Translations under genes and position numbers: made by a program
In this document: in pieces, positions 47,581 through 62,212 of the stretch
Position numbering within the stretch: position 1 is the first letter of the stretch
How the letters are laid out: the number at the start of each line of letters is the position of its first letter
From: Saprolegnia diclina VS20
Taxonomy: Eukaryota
DNA length: 64,000 nucleotides
Direction of reading: 5' to 3'
Assembly: GCF_000281045.1 (NCBI RefSeq)
Contig: NW_008246078.1
Coordinates: 878,280-942,279 of the forward strand
Notes under the pieces: model-generated
Seen by the model: only the letters and a program-made list of their open reading frames with translations
The model's database searches: none
What the model was told of the DNA's origin: nothing

Positions 47581-47909
47581 GAATCAATCGAAGCATCTGA
47601 TAACTTATCCGAGATTGCACTTCCTGTCTCGTTGGCTGCACTAGGCGAACGCGGTGGCCTTGGGCCTCGTTGGCTGCTCGTACCAGGCGGCCTAGGGCTA
47701 CGGCCGCGGCAAAGACACGGTCGGCGCAGGGGCTCATGGCCATGTTGGGTGTGTTGGGTCGCAGCGCGACGAGGCGGCGGCTTCGAATTTCCAAGATCGT
47801 TGCCGTCTGGTGGCAAATTCGAAGGTGTTTAAAACACTCTGTTGCAAATATGCATACAAACACCAAGATGTTGTGGCAATTTCGAACCAACAGTCCTTCG
47901 AAAAACGAG

Positions 47910-49388
47910 ATGGCGTCCACCCAAGCGGCCAAGCGCAAGGCCGACGCGATGCTCATGAAGGCGACGACCGCCGACCGCGACATGGACCGCCTCCACCAGC
48001 GCGATGTCACGCTCTGCAATGAGTTTGGCTGGACCAAGCTCACGACGACGGGCGCCTTCTGCACGATCTGCTCGCGCATCGTCGTCCCGCGCGGGTCGGG
48101 CTTCCGCGAGTACTTTTACCACGAAGAGACCGCAATGCACAAGAAGAACGTCACGGCGACCAGCGACCTCTCGCGCGCGATCGAGGACGAGCATAGCACG
48201 TCGACGCGCCGCTCGAGCCGCCTCAAGGACAAGCCGCTCATGCCGCCGATGATCGACATGGACAGCAGCGCCGACGAAGCGGCTGCGCCCAAGACGCGCC
48301 GCAGCACCTCGGCGTCCACGACGACGACAACGACGACGGCGACCATGGCCAAGGCCCACTCGAAGCCAGAGCTCATGGTCTATGATGACAGCAGCGACGA
48401 CAGCGACAGTGGCCCTGTATCGGCGAATACTGCCAAGGTGCTCCAGACGCCGCCGTTGGCCCCGCGCGCGACGACCAACGAGAGTCCGTCGCAGCTGCGC
48501 CTCTTGACGCTCAAGAAACAAGCGTCGTCCAGCGCGACCAAGGCGCTGAAGAAGACGCCGACCAAGATGATGTTCAAACCAACGCCCACAAAGTCGTTCA
48601 AGCCCACGCCCACAAAGTCGACCAAGCCGACCAAGTCGTCGTCGACGCATGTCAACCACGTGGAAGAAGACGGGCGCCCGTCGTCGTCGAAGAAGGCGCT
48701 GCGTGACAAGAAAGTCGGCCCCAAGCAGCCCAGCACCAAGCTTGTCAAGCCACCAAAGGCCACGCCTGCCAGCGACGACAGCTCCGAGGCCGACGAACCC
48801 ATGATGGAGCAAGATCATCACGTGAATCATGTCGAAGAAGACGTGCAGTCGGCGCCTGAAGAGGCACGCGCGCTCGCAACGAACGCCGGCCTCAATAGCC
48901 CGGCGGCCACGGTCACGGCCAGCGAAGGCTACCCAGAGCCGGACGACGTCGCAGCGCCATCGAGCCCCTCAGCGATGACCATTCCATGCACAGAGCCACA
49001 ACACACAGAAGACGATGCAGAAGAAGTAAATAGCACCAAGTCCATCGCGCGCCCCAAGAAGATCCGCAAGGTCCATAACGGGCTTCGGTCGCCGCCGCTG
49101 ACCATGCTGCAGTACGACACGCCAGCGACGACGAGCGAAGACACGAGCGGCGACGACGATGCGCTCGAGGTAGCGCCGATGCCATCGCCGACGCCGACCG
49201 AGATGGCCATGCCGCCGCCGCCGTCGGCGTGCCTCACGTGCATGGCCCGCTGCGACGCCGACGAGTCGGTCCAGCGCGTGCTCTCGGCGCTGCACAAGCA
49301 GACGAGCGCGCTGCAGGAGCAGCTCGATAGCATTCGCATGTTGCTGCAGTTGGCCATGTCCCAGCACAACGTGTCGCATCATGTTTAA
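47910..49388 (+). CDS. Low-complexity protein with an N-terminal C2H2 (U1/matrin-like) zinc finger
   Basis: FCTICSRIV...FYHEETAMHKKN; S/T/K/P-rich body; C-terminal CLTC followed by a coiled coil. Confidence 0.7.
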   Translation: MASTQAAKRKADAMLMKATTADRDMDRLHQRDVTLCNEFGWTKLTTTGAFCTICSRIVVPRGSGFREYFYHEETAMHKKNVTATSDLSRAIEDEHSTSTRRSSRLKDKPLMPPMIDMDSSADEAAAPKTRRSTSASTTTTTTTATMAKAHSKPELMVYDDSSDDSDSGPVSANTAKVLQTPPLAPRATTNESPSQLRLLTLKKQASSSATKALKKTPTKMMFKPTPTKSFKPTPTKSTKPTKSSSTHVNHVEEDGRPSSSKKALRDKKVGPKQPSTKLVKPPKATPASDDSSEADEPMMEQDHHVNHVEEDVQSAPEEARALATNAGLNSPAATVTASEGYPEPDDVAAPSSPSAMTIPCTEPQHTEDDAEEVNSTKSIARPKKIRKVHNGLRSPPLTMLQYDTPATTSEDTSGDDDALEVAPMPSPTPTEMAMPPPPSACLTCMARCDADESVQRVLSALHKQTSALQEQLDSIRMLLQLAMSQHNVSHHV

Positions 49389-49532
49389 TACTATGTCGTC
49401 GTCTCGTGCGTCCATGTCCTGCAAGCTCTACTATATGTGTGCCGGAGGCAAGAGGGAATATACGAGGACAAGGTACGTGGGTGCATTGAATCGGCGAAGA
49501 TCCGATGCTCAACGATGAGTCGGGACGACCAT

Positions 49533-49982
49533 TTAGTTTTCGTAGACCCAGGCGTTGCGCGAGGGGCTCCACTCGCAGACGCCTTCGGGGAACCAGAGGG
49601 CAATCTCGTGTTCGGCCGACTCGACGGCGTCCGAGCCGTGGCAGATGTTGCGGCCGACTTCGATGGCAAAGTCACCGCGGATCGTGCCGGGGGCCGACTC
49701 GGACGGCTTGGTGGCGCCGAGCATCTTGCGGCCCTCCTTGACGGCGTTGGCACCGCCCCAGACCATGGCCACGACCGGGCCCGAGTTCATGTACTCGATG
49801 AGGCCGTTGAAGAAGCCCTTGCCGGCGAGGTCGGCGTAGTGGGCCTCGAGGTGCTCCTTGCCCGGGCGGACGAGCTTCATGGCGAGGAGCTGGAAGCCCT
49901 TGGCCTCGAAGCGCTTGATGATCTCGCCCACGAGGTTGCGCTGGACGCCGTCCGGCTTGATCATGATGTACGTGCGTTCCAT
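49533..49982 (-). CDS. NDK: Nucleoside diphosphate kinase
   Basis: [40 protein letters not shown] (catalytic His). Confidence 0.97.
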   Translation of the reverse strand: MERTYIMIKPDGVQRNLVGEIIKRFEAKGFQLLAMKLVRPGKEHLEAHYADLAGKGFFNGLIEYMNSGPVVAMVWGGANAVKEGRKMLGATKPSESAPGTIRGDFAIEVGRNICHGSDAVESAEHEIALWFPEGVCEWSPSRNAWVYEN

Positions 49983-50894
49983 GGTGCGATTACTACGAGG
50001 CAAATTCCAAAGTGAGCAGTGGTGACGAAACTTCCAGCGACCAATTTATTTTATTCCTACAAATTCCAAGATGTCGAGGATCATAAATACCAGATTCTCG
50101 TCCAGTCAACTCGAATCTTCCTGCGACACACGTGGGAAACGCCGAAAATGCACGTGAAAAAGAAAACCATCTTGATGTTTGTATATTGTGGGAAGTGGAA
50201 GGTTCGAGATGCCATCATTTTTCACCGTGATATGACGTGGCAGCATGAGCGCGCAGCAGTCGCCAGAGAAGAGGATCGACGGACGTAATGGACAGGAGGC
50301 GGCGAGGAAGGCGGCGAGGACGACATCTAGAAGGGCGAGCGACGGCATGTCGCTGCGGTACGCGCTGCTTGGACGTCTAGTGCTGCAGGTCGACACAAGC
50401 GGAGGACGGCTACTCATCAAGGTCACATAGATACGGTATCTGGGCGAACGTGTGGCGTCAGTCAGGGGCGTGCGCAGGCTACTCGTACTCGTGCCACGAG
50501 CACTCGAGGACAAGCCAGAGAGCTAAGCCAGAGCCTATGCGCATGCTCACTTCGGCGCCCGTCCACGCCGTCGCGCCACTGGAATCGAAAGTCATTGGGC
50601 ATCATTTTCGTGGGCGTCCGCTGCGGCATCGGCGCCTGCATCGGCCTTTGTCCTCAACGGGCTCAGGGCATGCGTCAAGCCGACCTTGACGACGCACGCT
50701 TTCGCCAGAGCCATCAACTGCACAAAGCGAGCGTCAACACGTCGAGTCGCTTTGCATCGTAGTAGGGGCCCGTCGGGGTTGTAGGGTGGGCTCATATTTC
50801 GAGTACCCCAGCATGCTCGTGCTAAAGCCCACAACACTCAGATCTCGAACGACGTCAAAGTGTTCTTATGCAAAGAAGGACGACGACGACGTGC

Positions 50895-52293
50895 TCAATG
50901 CCCAGCGACCGAGTCGATCAAGACGGGGTACCCCGAGTCGAGCGGCACGTCTGGCGACAAGATGCTTTGGCAGATCACGGGGATGTCGGTCTGCACATCG
51001 AGGTAGTCGGCGAGGAACACGAGAAGCTGGAAGTCCTTGAGGCGGTCCACGTACGCGCCGCCTTTGCGCAGCGCGTTCTTGAGCGTCTGCCGCGTGCGGT
51101 AGCTGCCCTCGCGGTGCAGCGGCGGAAAGTCGGACGAGAGACCCGACGTGTGGTTGGACACGGGCACGACGCACAGGAAAAAGTTGTTGTCGACCTCCTA
51201 GGTTGCATCCAATGTTGGATTCGCATCGTCCAATGGCGCGTACCTTGGCGGCCTTCATCTCGACCATGGCCGTGAATGTGTCGTGGATCGCGCAGGTCGC
51301 GGGGTTGGCCTCGTCCTCGAGGAGCGCGCCGGCCGAGAACATGTCGAGGCACTGGTCGCTGACCTGGAAAGCCTCGAACGACGCTTGGCCCTCCTTGTCC
51401 AGCGTCACCTTGACCGTCACGAACGGTGTTTTCGGGCCGCCCGCGTCGAGCTGGAGCTGCGCGGCGAGGAGGATTTCGCGACTGGAAAAGTGGAATGTCT
51501 CGTCTTCGCGGGGCGGGTGGGAGAAGATCCAGCCGACTTTGGACCACCCGAGCGCTGCCGCGACGGCGTCGACCTTGTCCGCATGCGGGTCGTCGTGCAC
51601 CTCGAACCCATATGGATCGCCCGTCTGCGGCGGCTCGTAGATGCACTCGACGATTACCGTGGGCAGCGCATCTTCGTCCTAGCGCCGACGTCAACTACAC
51701 GCAAAGCAGGAGAAGGACAGTACCGTGGACGTGGGCGGCTCGACGCGGCCGTAGAGCCAGCCGCAGCGCGACTGCTGGAACGCAAACTGGCGCAAATACG
51801 CTTGGAAGCTGTTGCACGACGCGCCGTCGAGGAGGACCTTCTCGAGGTACGGCTTCTTTTGCGCCTTGATTTTGAACTCAAACTGCGAGTCCATCTCCAT
51901 AAACTCCGAGAGCGTCCAGTGCATCTTCATGTCCCGGAGCGACTTCATGCCCGGGCGGAAGCCCGTCTTCTCAAGACGCGTGTCGTACGCCGCATGCGTG
52001 AGCGTGCCATCGGCGTTGATCGTGCGCTGGACGGCGCCGCCCGCGTTCGTCGTAGCAATCGCCTCGCCGTCAAAGTCCAGGTAGAGCATGTCGCCGTGGC
52101 CGACCTGCAGCGCCCGCATGGTCATGGCGTCCGCCAGCACGGACGACTGCTTCGGGTCCGAGCTAATGACCTGCCGGTCGACCGAGAGTGCATGCTCCTT
52201 CTGCACCCAGCGCTTGATGTCGCCGACCGTCGACGCCGCCGAGAGGTCGGGCACGCGCCACGTCCCAGCCTTCGACCGCAAACGGATCAACAT
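50895..52293 (-). CDS. NPL4: NPL4-like p97/Cdc48 cofactor (ubiquitin-like N-terminus, MPN-like domain); introns about 51681-51723 and 51199-51244
   Basis: MLIRLRSKAGTWRV, HGDMLYL, FQQSRCGWLYG, VECIYEPPQ, KVGWIFSH, SSREILLAA, FEAFQVSDQC, DFQLLVFL. Confidence 0.9.
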
Positions 52294-53229
52294 CACAAAA
52301 TGGCCCCGACCGGCGTCGAAGTCGCTTTTAACGCGTTTAAACCTACCTCGGGCAAGCCACCGCCCGACCCAAGAACCGTTCTGTACCTCATCACGATAGT
52401 AAGTCGCTCCTACCCTACACAAGTACCAACGGGATCGTACGCTAGCACGTCCTCGTGCTGTCGAGTAGGAGCAAGGGTCGAGGCAACGGGACCTATGGTG
52501 GTAGCCAGGACACGTTTAAATGTTTAACGCGTTTGTCCGGAAAAGGAAGAGAATACACGGATAAACAGGAGTGTTGGTGGATCGCACTGCATCCGGCAAG
52601 TCGCGGCAACCGAGTCGTTGATCGTTTCTATAGTCTCTGTGGTTTACATACGGTCCACAACATGACGCAAGCTAGTGTACACGCACCTCGCCGAGGTGGC
52701 AGACCACGCCGACCAAAACGCTCACCAGTCGCTTCGCTCCGAGCCTAAATATTTGCCTTGACCATGAGGTGACCACCAAGTACCTCGGTCAGCACCGTCC
52801 AGAAGCTGCTTGTTCGGCGCTATGACATACGCGGCTTGGGGGTGGCTTTGGTGCCACCAGCAGCTAGATCGTATGCAAATTTTGACATGCGATGACGCTT
52901 CCCAGTCAGCGGTAATGCACGTCCAATGACCTGGAGACGTCGCAGATCTGGCACTCGCAAAGATAGTCTTGGTCGGCGAGGGAGAGGATGTCTGCAAATG
53001 AAAGGAAACTGATGGCCGAGCTGGCCTACAAGCAATCTGGATCTGGATAAAGATTCGGCTTCGGGCTATGTGGCGATCTTTCGCGGTAGAAGAACAAAGA
53101 GAATTGGGTCCATAGCAACCTGTGTCATAACGCCAGCAATTTATGATGATCAATGTATTGCCATTTTTATACAGACGGAAGATTCCACCGATACAGAAAG
53201 AGCTTGCAAGCACACGTCCTCCTACACCT

Positions 53230-54270
53230 TTAGCACGCCGGCTTGGTCGTCGGCGCGACCGTGGGCGCGGCGGTGAGCTTGGGGTAGACGGGCAGCTCGG
53301 CGATTTGGCACACGCCGTTGCCGCCGGCACCGCGACGGACGCGGGCGTAACCCATCTCACCCCACTTGGCACCCCACGAGTTGCGCACCTTCCAGTAGTT
53401 GGTCTTGCCCTCGGTGCCATAGCCGACGACGAGCACCGAGTGGTCGGACGGGGACCCGGGGCACGACGTAATGACACCGGACGCGTAATGCTGCCAAATG
53501 TCATTGGTCGCCTCGACCATTGAAGCCACGGGTTGCTTGGCGACGACCGTCTCGAGCTTGGGCTCGCCCGACGCCCACGCGTGGCCGTCGATCGCGAGCT
53601 TTTGCTTCCGGCAGCTGGTCTGGCACGCGTTGTTCTTGCCGTCGGCGCCCGAAATGTACGGGTAATCTTGCGCGAGGCAGATACCCGTCTTGGTGATCCA
53701 GTCGATCGCCGTGTACTCGATGCCGCCGCGGCAGCCTTCGTCGAGTTCGTCGCGGTCGCAGCTCACAATGTCTTGCTCCGAGACGTCAATCGGCGACCCG
53801 GTTACGATGCAGTGCGCCGTCTCGACAGCCGCCGTCGTCGCAAAGACCCACGACGACGAGCACTTGCCCTGGTCGCCAACCGCGCCCATGCAGTTGGTCG
53901 TCGACCAGTCCACCGTGCCGTTGGCCGCACCGACGCCGCGGTCGACCGCCGACGCTTCGGCGGCGTCCATTTTCAACAAGCCCGCCGTGTAGGACCGAAG
54001 GACGTAGTCGCGAAACTCCTTGGGCGTATGAAGAGCGAAGCGGCCGATCGCGAAGGTTGCTTCCGGCTGCGTCTTGGCCACGGCCGCGATCGCGGTCTTG
54101 CCGGCTTGAAGGCGCGCGAGGAGGTCGTTCGTGTTGGTCGGGTCGACGCCCTTGGGGAGGTACGACGGGCCAAAGTCCTTGTTCCACTGCGTGAGCTGCG
54201 CGAGAAGCGTGTCGTCGGCCGCGAGCACACTCGAGGCGACAAGGGTCGTGGCGAAGGCAAAGCGATGCAT
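53230..54270 (-). CDS. Secreted papain-family (C1A) cysteine protease homologue with catalytic Cys replaced by Ser
   Basis: Signal peptide MHRFAFATTLVASSVLA; prodomain FAIGRFA..TPKEF; VDW, DQGKCSSSWVF, SEQDIVSC, GCRGG, DHSVLVVGYG, YWKVRNSWG..WGE.GY. Confidence 0.92.
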   Translation of the reverse strand: MHRFAFATTLVASSVLAADDTLLAQLTQWNKDFGPSYLPKGVDPTNTNDLLARLQAGKTAIAAVAKTQPEATFAIGRFALHTPKEFRDYVLRSYTAGLLKMDAAEASAVDRGVGAANGTVDWSTTNCMGAVGDQGKCSSSWVFATTAAVETAHCIVTGSPIDVSEQDIVSCDRDELDEGCRGGIEYTAIDWITKTGICLAQDYPYISGADGKNNACQTSCRKQKLAIDGHAWASGEPKLETVVAKQPVASMVEATNDIWQHYASGVITSCPGSPSDHSVLVVGYGTEGKTNYWKVRNSWGAKWGEMGYARVRRGAGGNGVCQIAELPVYPKLTAAPTVAPTTKPAC

Positions 54271-55627
54271 GCTGGACGTGGCGAGTTGGGAAATGGCGTG
54301 CATTTGATCGCTTGCAATACTCTTGTCTGAGTAAATCTTACCCATGTTGCCGTCCACGTCCTACGGTGGGTTCTCAGACGGTGCTCATCCTATCGAGGCA
54401 TTATCAGCTCAAGGTTGGATATGCACCGTGGTTCAAAAGCTGCAAAGGGGACTATGGTACAACTACTGAACGGGTACTCTAACGGTGGCATCGTCCTGAT
54501 CCGTAGAGATGGTGGCGTCCGATCAACACCGGTCCCGGTACCGACGCAGGATCGCAACACCATGTAGCACACTACTCCTACAACAGTTTCTCGAAACACT
54601 TGAGGCTGGTTTGCTAAACACTCCAGGCAAGAATATAATATAGCAAGAATGTCGTAGCACGCGCGCTGTGACCCCCTTGCATCGTGGTGCATGGTCATTG
54701 GGCTGCGACTTGGGTGCTTGGGTCTCACCTTCTGAGATGATCGTTTTCAAATCAGGCTCGAGTCCAACCAGGCTCATGGTTTACACCCAGCGCGTTGCGA
54801 CAGATGTTGTCCTGCTCAGAGATGCTAAAGATTCGATGTGAGACTCGCGAAATGGGGGCACATGGTTCTTGTGCAGTCGAACTTCGCGGAGGTTCAGGAG
54901 GTTTTCCAACACTGGTGCTCCTACGATGCACTCGTACTACTGCCAACTATGGTGGCTTGCGAGTGTGGATTTTGTAGTAATGCGTTAGAGTGTGGAAAAA
55001 TGGTTGATGCGTGGCCTGTAAGTGTGGAAAGTACTAGAGTAAAAATAAAAAATAAAGCAAATGACTTCTCATAACACCAGCGTCCGCTCACACCGTCTTG
55101 GAATAGCAACGGTGGACGTTCATCAAGAGCCAGCAACTCAAAACTCAATTCGAGTTTCTGGCCGACATCCCGAGTCAACGGACGTGGTCACATACGATCA
55201 TCAAAGTCATTTGTGATGTCAACTTTGAAAACAAAGTAGAACAGAGCCAATACTAAAGAATTTGATCCTGTATAAGTACGGTCTTACTATTTTCTACCGT
55301 AAATTTCACGTTGCTACGTAACAAATCGCGCGATTCCTTGCGTAGATTTCGTTGCACCTCGTTGAAAGGCAAATGAGATGGCGTGATTTCTGCATGGCGC
55401 GTAGTAATCCGCATAAAACCAGCTGGTTCCGCATAATTTAGCGTATATTTACGGTAAATTTCGAATTGGAGCGTCATTCTCAAGATTCACACTATCAATT
55501 GTTCCATTTTTGTAGTGTACGTACTACCTTGAATAGTCTGCGCTTCAAAACAAGGATCAAATCCCGAAACAAATGGCTCTAAATAGGCTTCTCATTACTG
55601 GTTACGGCAATCTCAACAACAAGTGCC

Positions 55628-57187
55628 ATGGCCGAGCCAGCGGCGAAGCGGGCTGAGCAGACGTCTCTCGCGTGGTACGACACGCCCGTCGTCGTGCTCG
55701 TCCTACAGTGTATACCGGCGTTCGTGGACGCCGTTGCGTTGCTCGAGGCGCTGCCACCAAGTTCCCAAACCACGTCGGGCTCGGCGCTCGTCGCCCTGCA
55801 CCGCCAACATGGCCTCCCGGGTCACCACCTCTGGCCCGTACTAGAGCTCGACAAGATTCCGCACGCGCTTATGAACCTTGCAGTATCCGCGCTGCCGATG
55901 GTGCCCACTCTATGCGTCTCAAGAGTGCAGGGCGACGACATCGTTGGTTCGGTCCACGTGTCTTTGGTAACGGCCACGATGGCAGGCTCGGACCTCGTCC
56001 GTTCGCACGTTCTTTCCGACCAGTGTTGCTCGCTGGCTACCTTTGTTGAGCGCTACGGCCATGCGATCGTGCGCATCGCCTTGAACGTGCGCGGCGACGC
56101 GGCAACTGGAGCAGTGGCCTCGGCGCTTCAGCACTGCACCCGACCGCGTCAGCTGTCGCTCGAACTGTCGGTCGACGCCGTGTCAAGCATAGCGCCGCTG
56201 CTTGCATCTATTGCAACGCATGCGCTAGGCGCCTTGTCGCTTTGCATCGAGCGCCCAAGTGATGACGACGATGACGACGACGATGGCATTCCTGCTGTGC
56301 TGTGTCCACCGATGCTGCTGTCGTGGCTGGCGCTGCCGGTCGCATCGTCTTTGCGACTTGTCAATGTGACGTTTACCAATCCCGGGTCTCTCCGCCAAGC
56401 GCTATGCGGCCTGCACAACCTCGAGCTCGTGCGTGTCCACGACCTTCTGGTCGACGCGAGTGACGCGCCGCGCTTGTCGGCGCTACAGTCGCTCGTCGCC
56501 ACAAACGTCCGGCTGCCCAGCGTACACGGGTTGCTTTGTCAGCTCAGTGCGAAGACGCTCACGCACCTCGATCTCGACGGTCCTTTGGACTGGTCGCCGC
56601 TGCTCGCTGCGCTCAAGCACCTCGTTGCGCTTCACCTCCACGGCGGGACCATGACCGCTCTTGGGCAAGTTGACGTTGCACGCGTACCGCAGCTGCAAAC
56701 AGTGAAGCTCTCTCGAGTCCACGTGCCCGACAAGGACGCGCCTATCCTCGTTGCGTGGCTCGATACCGCAGAGGCGCTGCGGGAGCTGCACTGGACGCAC
56801 AGCGCTCTCGCGATGCACGGCCCGGTGGCCGTGGCCCATGCACTGCCTCGCTGGTTGCGACTCGGCCTGCAGACGCTGACGCTCGCCAACAATTTTATCA
56901 GCGACGACGCGGCGCTTGTTCTGTCGATGGCGATTGCCAAGGGCGGCAACACCACCGACGTCGCTTTGGACTTGAGTGCCAACGTGTTCAAACTCCCGGG
57001 TCTCCGCGCGCTTCTTTTAGCGCTGAGTGCCAGCGTCAAGCTGTCGATCCGACTCGACGGGCTCCAGCTCATGCGTCGGCACCTCGAGGAGCTTGGTGCC
57101 TTCGCTGCCGCCCATGGGGTGCAGTGCGACGCGGTGACGCAAGTGTATACCCCGCCTCCTGCCGACAAGACACGATGGCGGCTCTGA
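55628..57187 (+). CDS. Leucine-rich repeat (RNI-like) protein
   Basis: LxxLxL repeats (LHNLEL, LTHLDL, LQTVKL, LQTLTLANNFISDDAA, LDLSANVF); intronless, 519 aa. Confidence 0.8.
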   Translation: MAEPAAKRAEQTSLAWYDTPVVVLVLQCIPAFVDAVALLEALPPSSQTTSGSALVALHRQHGLPGHHLWPVLELDKIPHALMNLAVSALPMVPTLCVSRVQGDDIVGSVHVSLVTATMAGSDLVRSHVLSDQCCSLATFVERYGHAIVRIALNVRGDAATGAVASALQHCTRPRQLSLELSVDAVSSIAPLLASIATHALGALSLCIERPSDDDDDDDDGIPAVLCPPMLLSWLALPVASSLRLVNVTFTNPGSLRQALCGLHNLELVRVHDLLVDASDAPRLSALQSLVATNVRLPSVHGLLCQLSAKTLTHLDLDGPLDWSPLLAALKHLVALHLHGGTMTALGQVDVARVPQLQTVKLSRVHVPDKDAPILVAWLDTAEALRELHWTHSALAMHGPVAVAHALPRWLRLGLQTLTLANNFISDDAALVLSMAIAKGGNTTDVALDLSANVFKLPGLRALLLALSASVKLSIRLDGLQLMRRHLEELGAFAAAHGVQCDAVTQVYTPPPADKTRWRL

Positions 57188-57409
57188 TCGAGTCCGTGTC
57201 AGTCGTCGATCCACCGCTAGCGTACTAGTAGGTGCTTCCCAGTAGCAAGTGCCAACTGCAGTATTGCCATCGGCCACTGATACATAGCAAGGTAGAGCCA
57301 AGGGTCAATAAGCGGTTTAATGCCCCTTAACTAATGGCCAGAAAGAAATAAAGTGTTGACAGTTTGTTGTACAACCCAACGATATCTTTTGCACGCCAAA
57401 TGCAAACTT

Positions 57410-57478
57410 TCAAAAATCTAAGAATCCAAAATCCAAAAATCCAAAATTCAAGAATCCGAAAATCCAAATCCCAATAAT
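57410..57478 (+). repeat. AAAATCC-type degenerate tandem repeat upstream of VPS4
   Basis: About eight degenerate copies. Confidence 0.65.
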
Positions 57479-57815
57479 CTAGGACGACGCCATATAATGT
57501 AAATTTCGACAATGCTTTATGACACTTGCGACGTTGTGGTTTGCAAGGCGAACGCACCTCGCAAAGCAGCTTGGTCTTTTTGACTCGGACGTCCTGCGCT
57601 GTCCAACGGAGAGTGCATGCGACGACCAACACTCTGATACCGCGATACCTCTCTCAAACGAATACCCTCTATCATTGAATGTTCTTTTTCCAGTGAGGCG
57701 TGTGAAATGCCTCTATAAATACATATATTTGCACATTCAATATATGGGACAAAGCCTCGGGCGCAAGGCCGCTGAAACTCCACAAGCCAATTCGCAGCCA
57801 AGCCGACGCAGCAGC

Positions 57816-59781
<1,966 letters not shown>

Positions 59782-59899
59782 CTGCTGCTGCTTGTCGTTG
59801 CTGTGTCAGCTGGCCTTTTTCACGTACCTAACCTTTTCCACTAACCTAACCTACCCCTTGCCGCAAAATTATGTGACGTCCTGGGAACACAACAGTACT

Positions 59900-61683
59900 A
59901 GTACGCTGGAGCGGTGGCTGCCCGTGTCTCGAGCGCCTTCATGTCGGTCTTGGCATTGGTCTCTTGCGTCTACAGCGCCATGAGGTTCGCCGTCTCCTCC
60001 TCGAGCTTTGTCTTGGCCTCTGCGAGCGCCGACTNNNNNNNNNNNNNNNNNNNNNNNNNNNNNNNNNNNNNNNNNNNNNNNNNNNNNNNNNNNNNNNNNN
60101 NNNNNNNNNNNNNNNNNNNNNNNNNNNNNNNNNNNNNNNNNNNNNNNNNNNNNNNNNNNNNNNNNNNNNNNNNNNNNNNNNNNNNNNNNNNNNNNNNNNN
60201 NNNNNNNNNNNNNNNNNNNNNNNNNNNNNNNNNNNNNNNNNNNNNNNNNNNNNNNNNNNNNNNNNNNNNNNNNNNNNNNNNNNNNNNNNNNNNNNNNNNN
60301 NNNNNNNNNNNNNNNNNNNNNNNNNNNNNNNNNNNNNNNNNNNNNNNNNNNNNNNNNNNNNNNNNNNNNNNNNNNNNNNNNNNNNNNNNNNNNNNNNNNN
60401 NNNNNNNNNNNNNNNNNNNNNNNNNNNNNNNNNNNNNNNNNNNNNNNNNNNNNNNNNNNNNNNNNNNNNNNNNNNNNNNNNNNNNNNNNNNNNNNNNNNN
60501 NNNNNNNNNNNNNNNNNNNNNNNNNNNNNNNNNNNNNNNNNNNNNNNNNNNNNNNNNNNNNNNNNNNNNNNNNNNNNNNNNNNNNNNNNNNNNNNNNNNN
60601 NNNNNNNNNNNNNNNNNNNNNNNNNNNNNNNNNNNNNNNNNNNNNNNNNNNNNNNNNNNNNNNNNNNNNNNNNNNNNNNNNNNNNNNNNNNNNNNNNNNN
60701 NNNNNNNNNNNNNNNNNNNNNNNNNNNNNNNNNNNNNNNNNNNNNNNNNNNNNNNNNNNNNNNNNNNNNNNNNNNNNNNNNNNNNNNNNNNNNNNNNNNN
60801 NNNNNNNNNNNNNNNNNNNNNNNNNNNNNNNNNNNNNNNNNNNNNNNNNNNNNNNNNNNNNNNNNNNNNNNNNNNNNNNNNNNNNNNNNNNNNNNNNNNN
60901 NNNNNNNNNNNNNNNNNNNNNNNNNNNNNNNNNNNNNNNNNCAAGCGGCTCGAGATCGGCGTCGTGCTGGGCATGGGCAAGGACAACCTCCGAGGAGGGG
61001 GTCTTAGCCGTGTCCTGCGACGCGTCGAGGCAGGCTTGGAGGATGACGACCTGCGCTTGGAGAGTTGCGACTTCCGAACGCAGCTGACCGAGGATCGCCT
61101 CAGTCGTGGCCGTCGATGCCGCGCTGATCGGCGTGGCATTCGTCGTAGAACTTGACTAAGCAGTCGCGACGCTCGTCACCGGTGTGCGACGCTGCGCGGC
61201 GGTGGTCGAGCTGCGGCTGCTTGCCGTCAGAGGTTGCACCGCCGTCGTGGCGGGCGTTGGCGTCGACCGAATCGTCAGTCGCACACTCGACTGCGCGAGC
61301 GACAGTCACCGGGACAGCTGCCGTCGCATGCTGGGGGACAACCGTCGGGGTCGTGCTGCGCCCGAACGCGGTTGCACGCGAACCTTGGTTCGCGGCCGCC
61401 GTCGGGCGTGGCTTTCGCATGAGGCCATCTTCAGCCACCAACTTGGCCTCCGCGAGCTTTGCAGCGCGCTTGTGGTAGTAGAGCGGGTCGTAGAGGGACA
61501 TGCGATTTTGTTTTCTGAGGCATCGAGATCACTTGCGCCGCCGAGTCTGTAAAGGCGTTCAAGCCATCGCCGCGCTGCGTGTACTTGGAGTTTGTATCGC
61601 GCGCTGGAGAAGCGTGGCCTGCGACGCTGCGTCTTGGCAAAGGCGCTCGAAGCAGCGCGCTTTTGCACTCTCGGAGGCGCCAT
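59900..61683 (-). pseudogene. Possible disrupted coiled-coil protein gene spanning the gap
   Basis: Coding-like segments (ALAEAKTKLEEETANLMAL*, LRRSSVSCVRKSQL, MSLYDPLYYHK) in inconsistent frames. Confidence 0.3.
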
Positions 61684-62212
61684 CGCTCACGTCGGGCTGG
61701 CTACCGTGCTCGGCGCTCGCTGGTCTCAAAAAGCCAATGGTCGGAAAATATTTTCAAGGCGTTAATTGCCCGTGTACAAAAGTCGTTTCGTACCTAATTG
61801 AATTGTGCAGCGTTACTATCCCAATACGTGGCAGCGTATTATCGTCGCATTGGAGTTTTGGACGCTATGCATTCCGTGGCGCCGCGCCAAATACATTTCG
61901 AGCACGTCGACTGACGCGCGATTCTAGCACGATGACAATCATGCGTCCACAGTGTACAGATTGTCTGGTGCTGTCCACAGCAATTGTATTTGCCAGCTAC
62001 GTATATCGCAGGGAAGCTTCGATAGGACGCTTCTCGCTGGCGCTGGCGACTGTGGCGTTGTACACCGGACCGTTTCTAGCTGCGATTATAGTCCTCGGAA
62101 AGACGAGACGCTCGCAGCCACGAACGACATGCTCGCAACCCTACCCCTAGTCGACGTTGCACAGTTCGTATACCAGTATTATAGAACATTAACGACTCGT
62201 ATGTAAGGGGTG

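Noticed and set aside
50245..50830. Possible small gene between NDPK and NPL4
   Set aside because: No consistent ORF or splice model.
51283..52527. Long antisense ORFs (also 32942-34138, 45973-47046, 47829-48830)
   Set aside because: Shadow ORFs of GC3-rich genes on the opposite strand; no motifs.
54400..55550. AT-richer region with short ORFs (possible viral or transposon relic)
   Set aside because: No recognisable motif.
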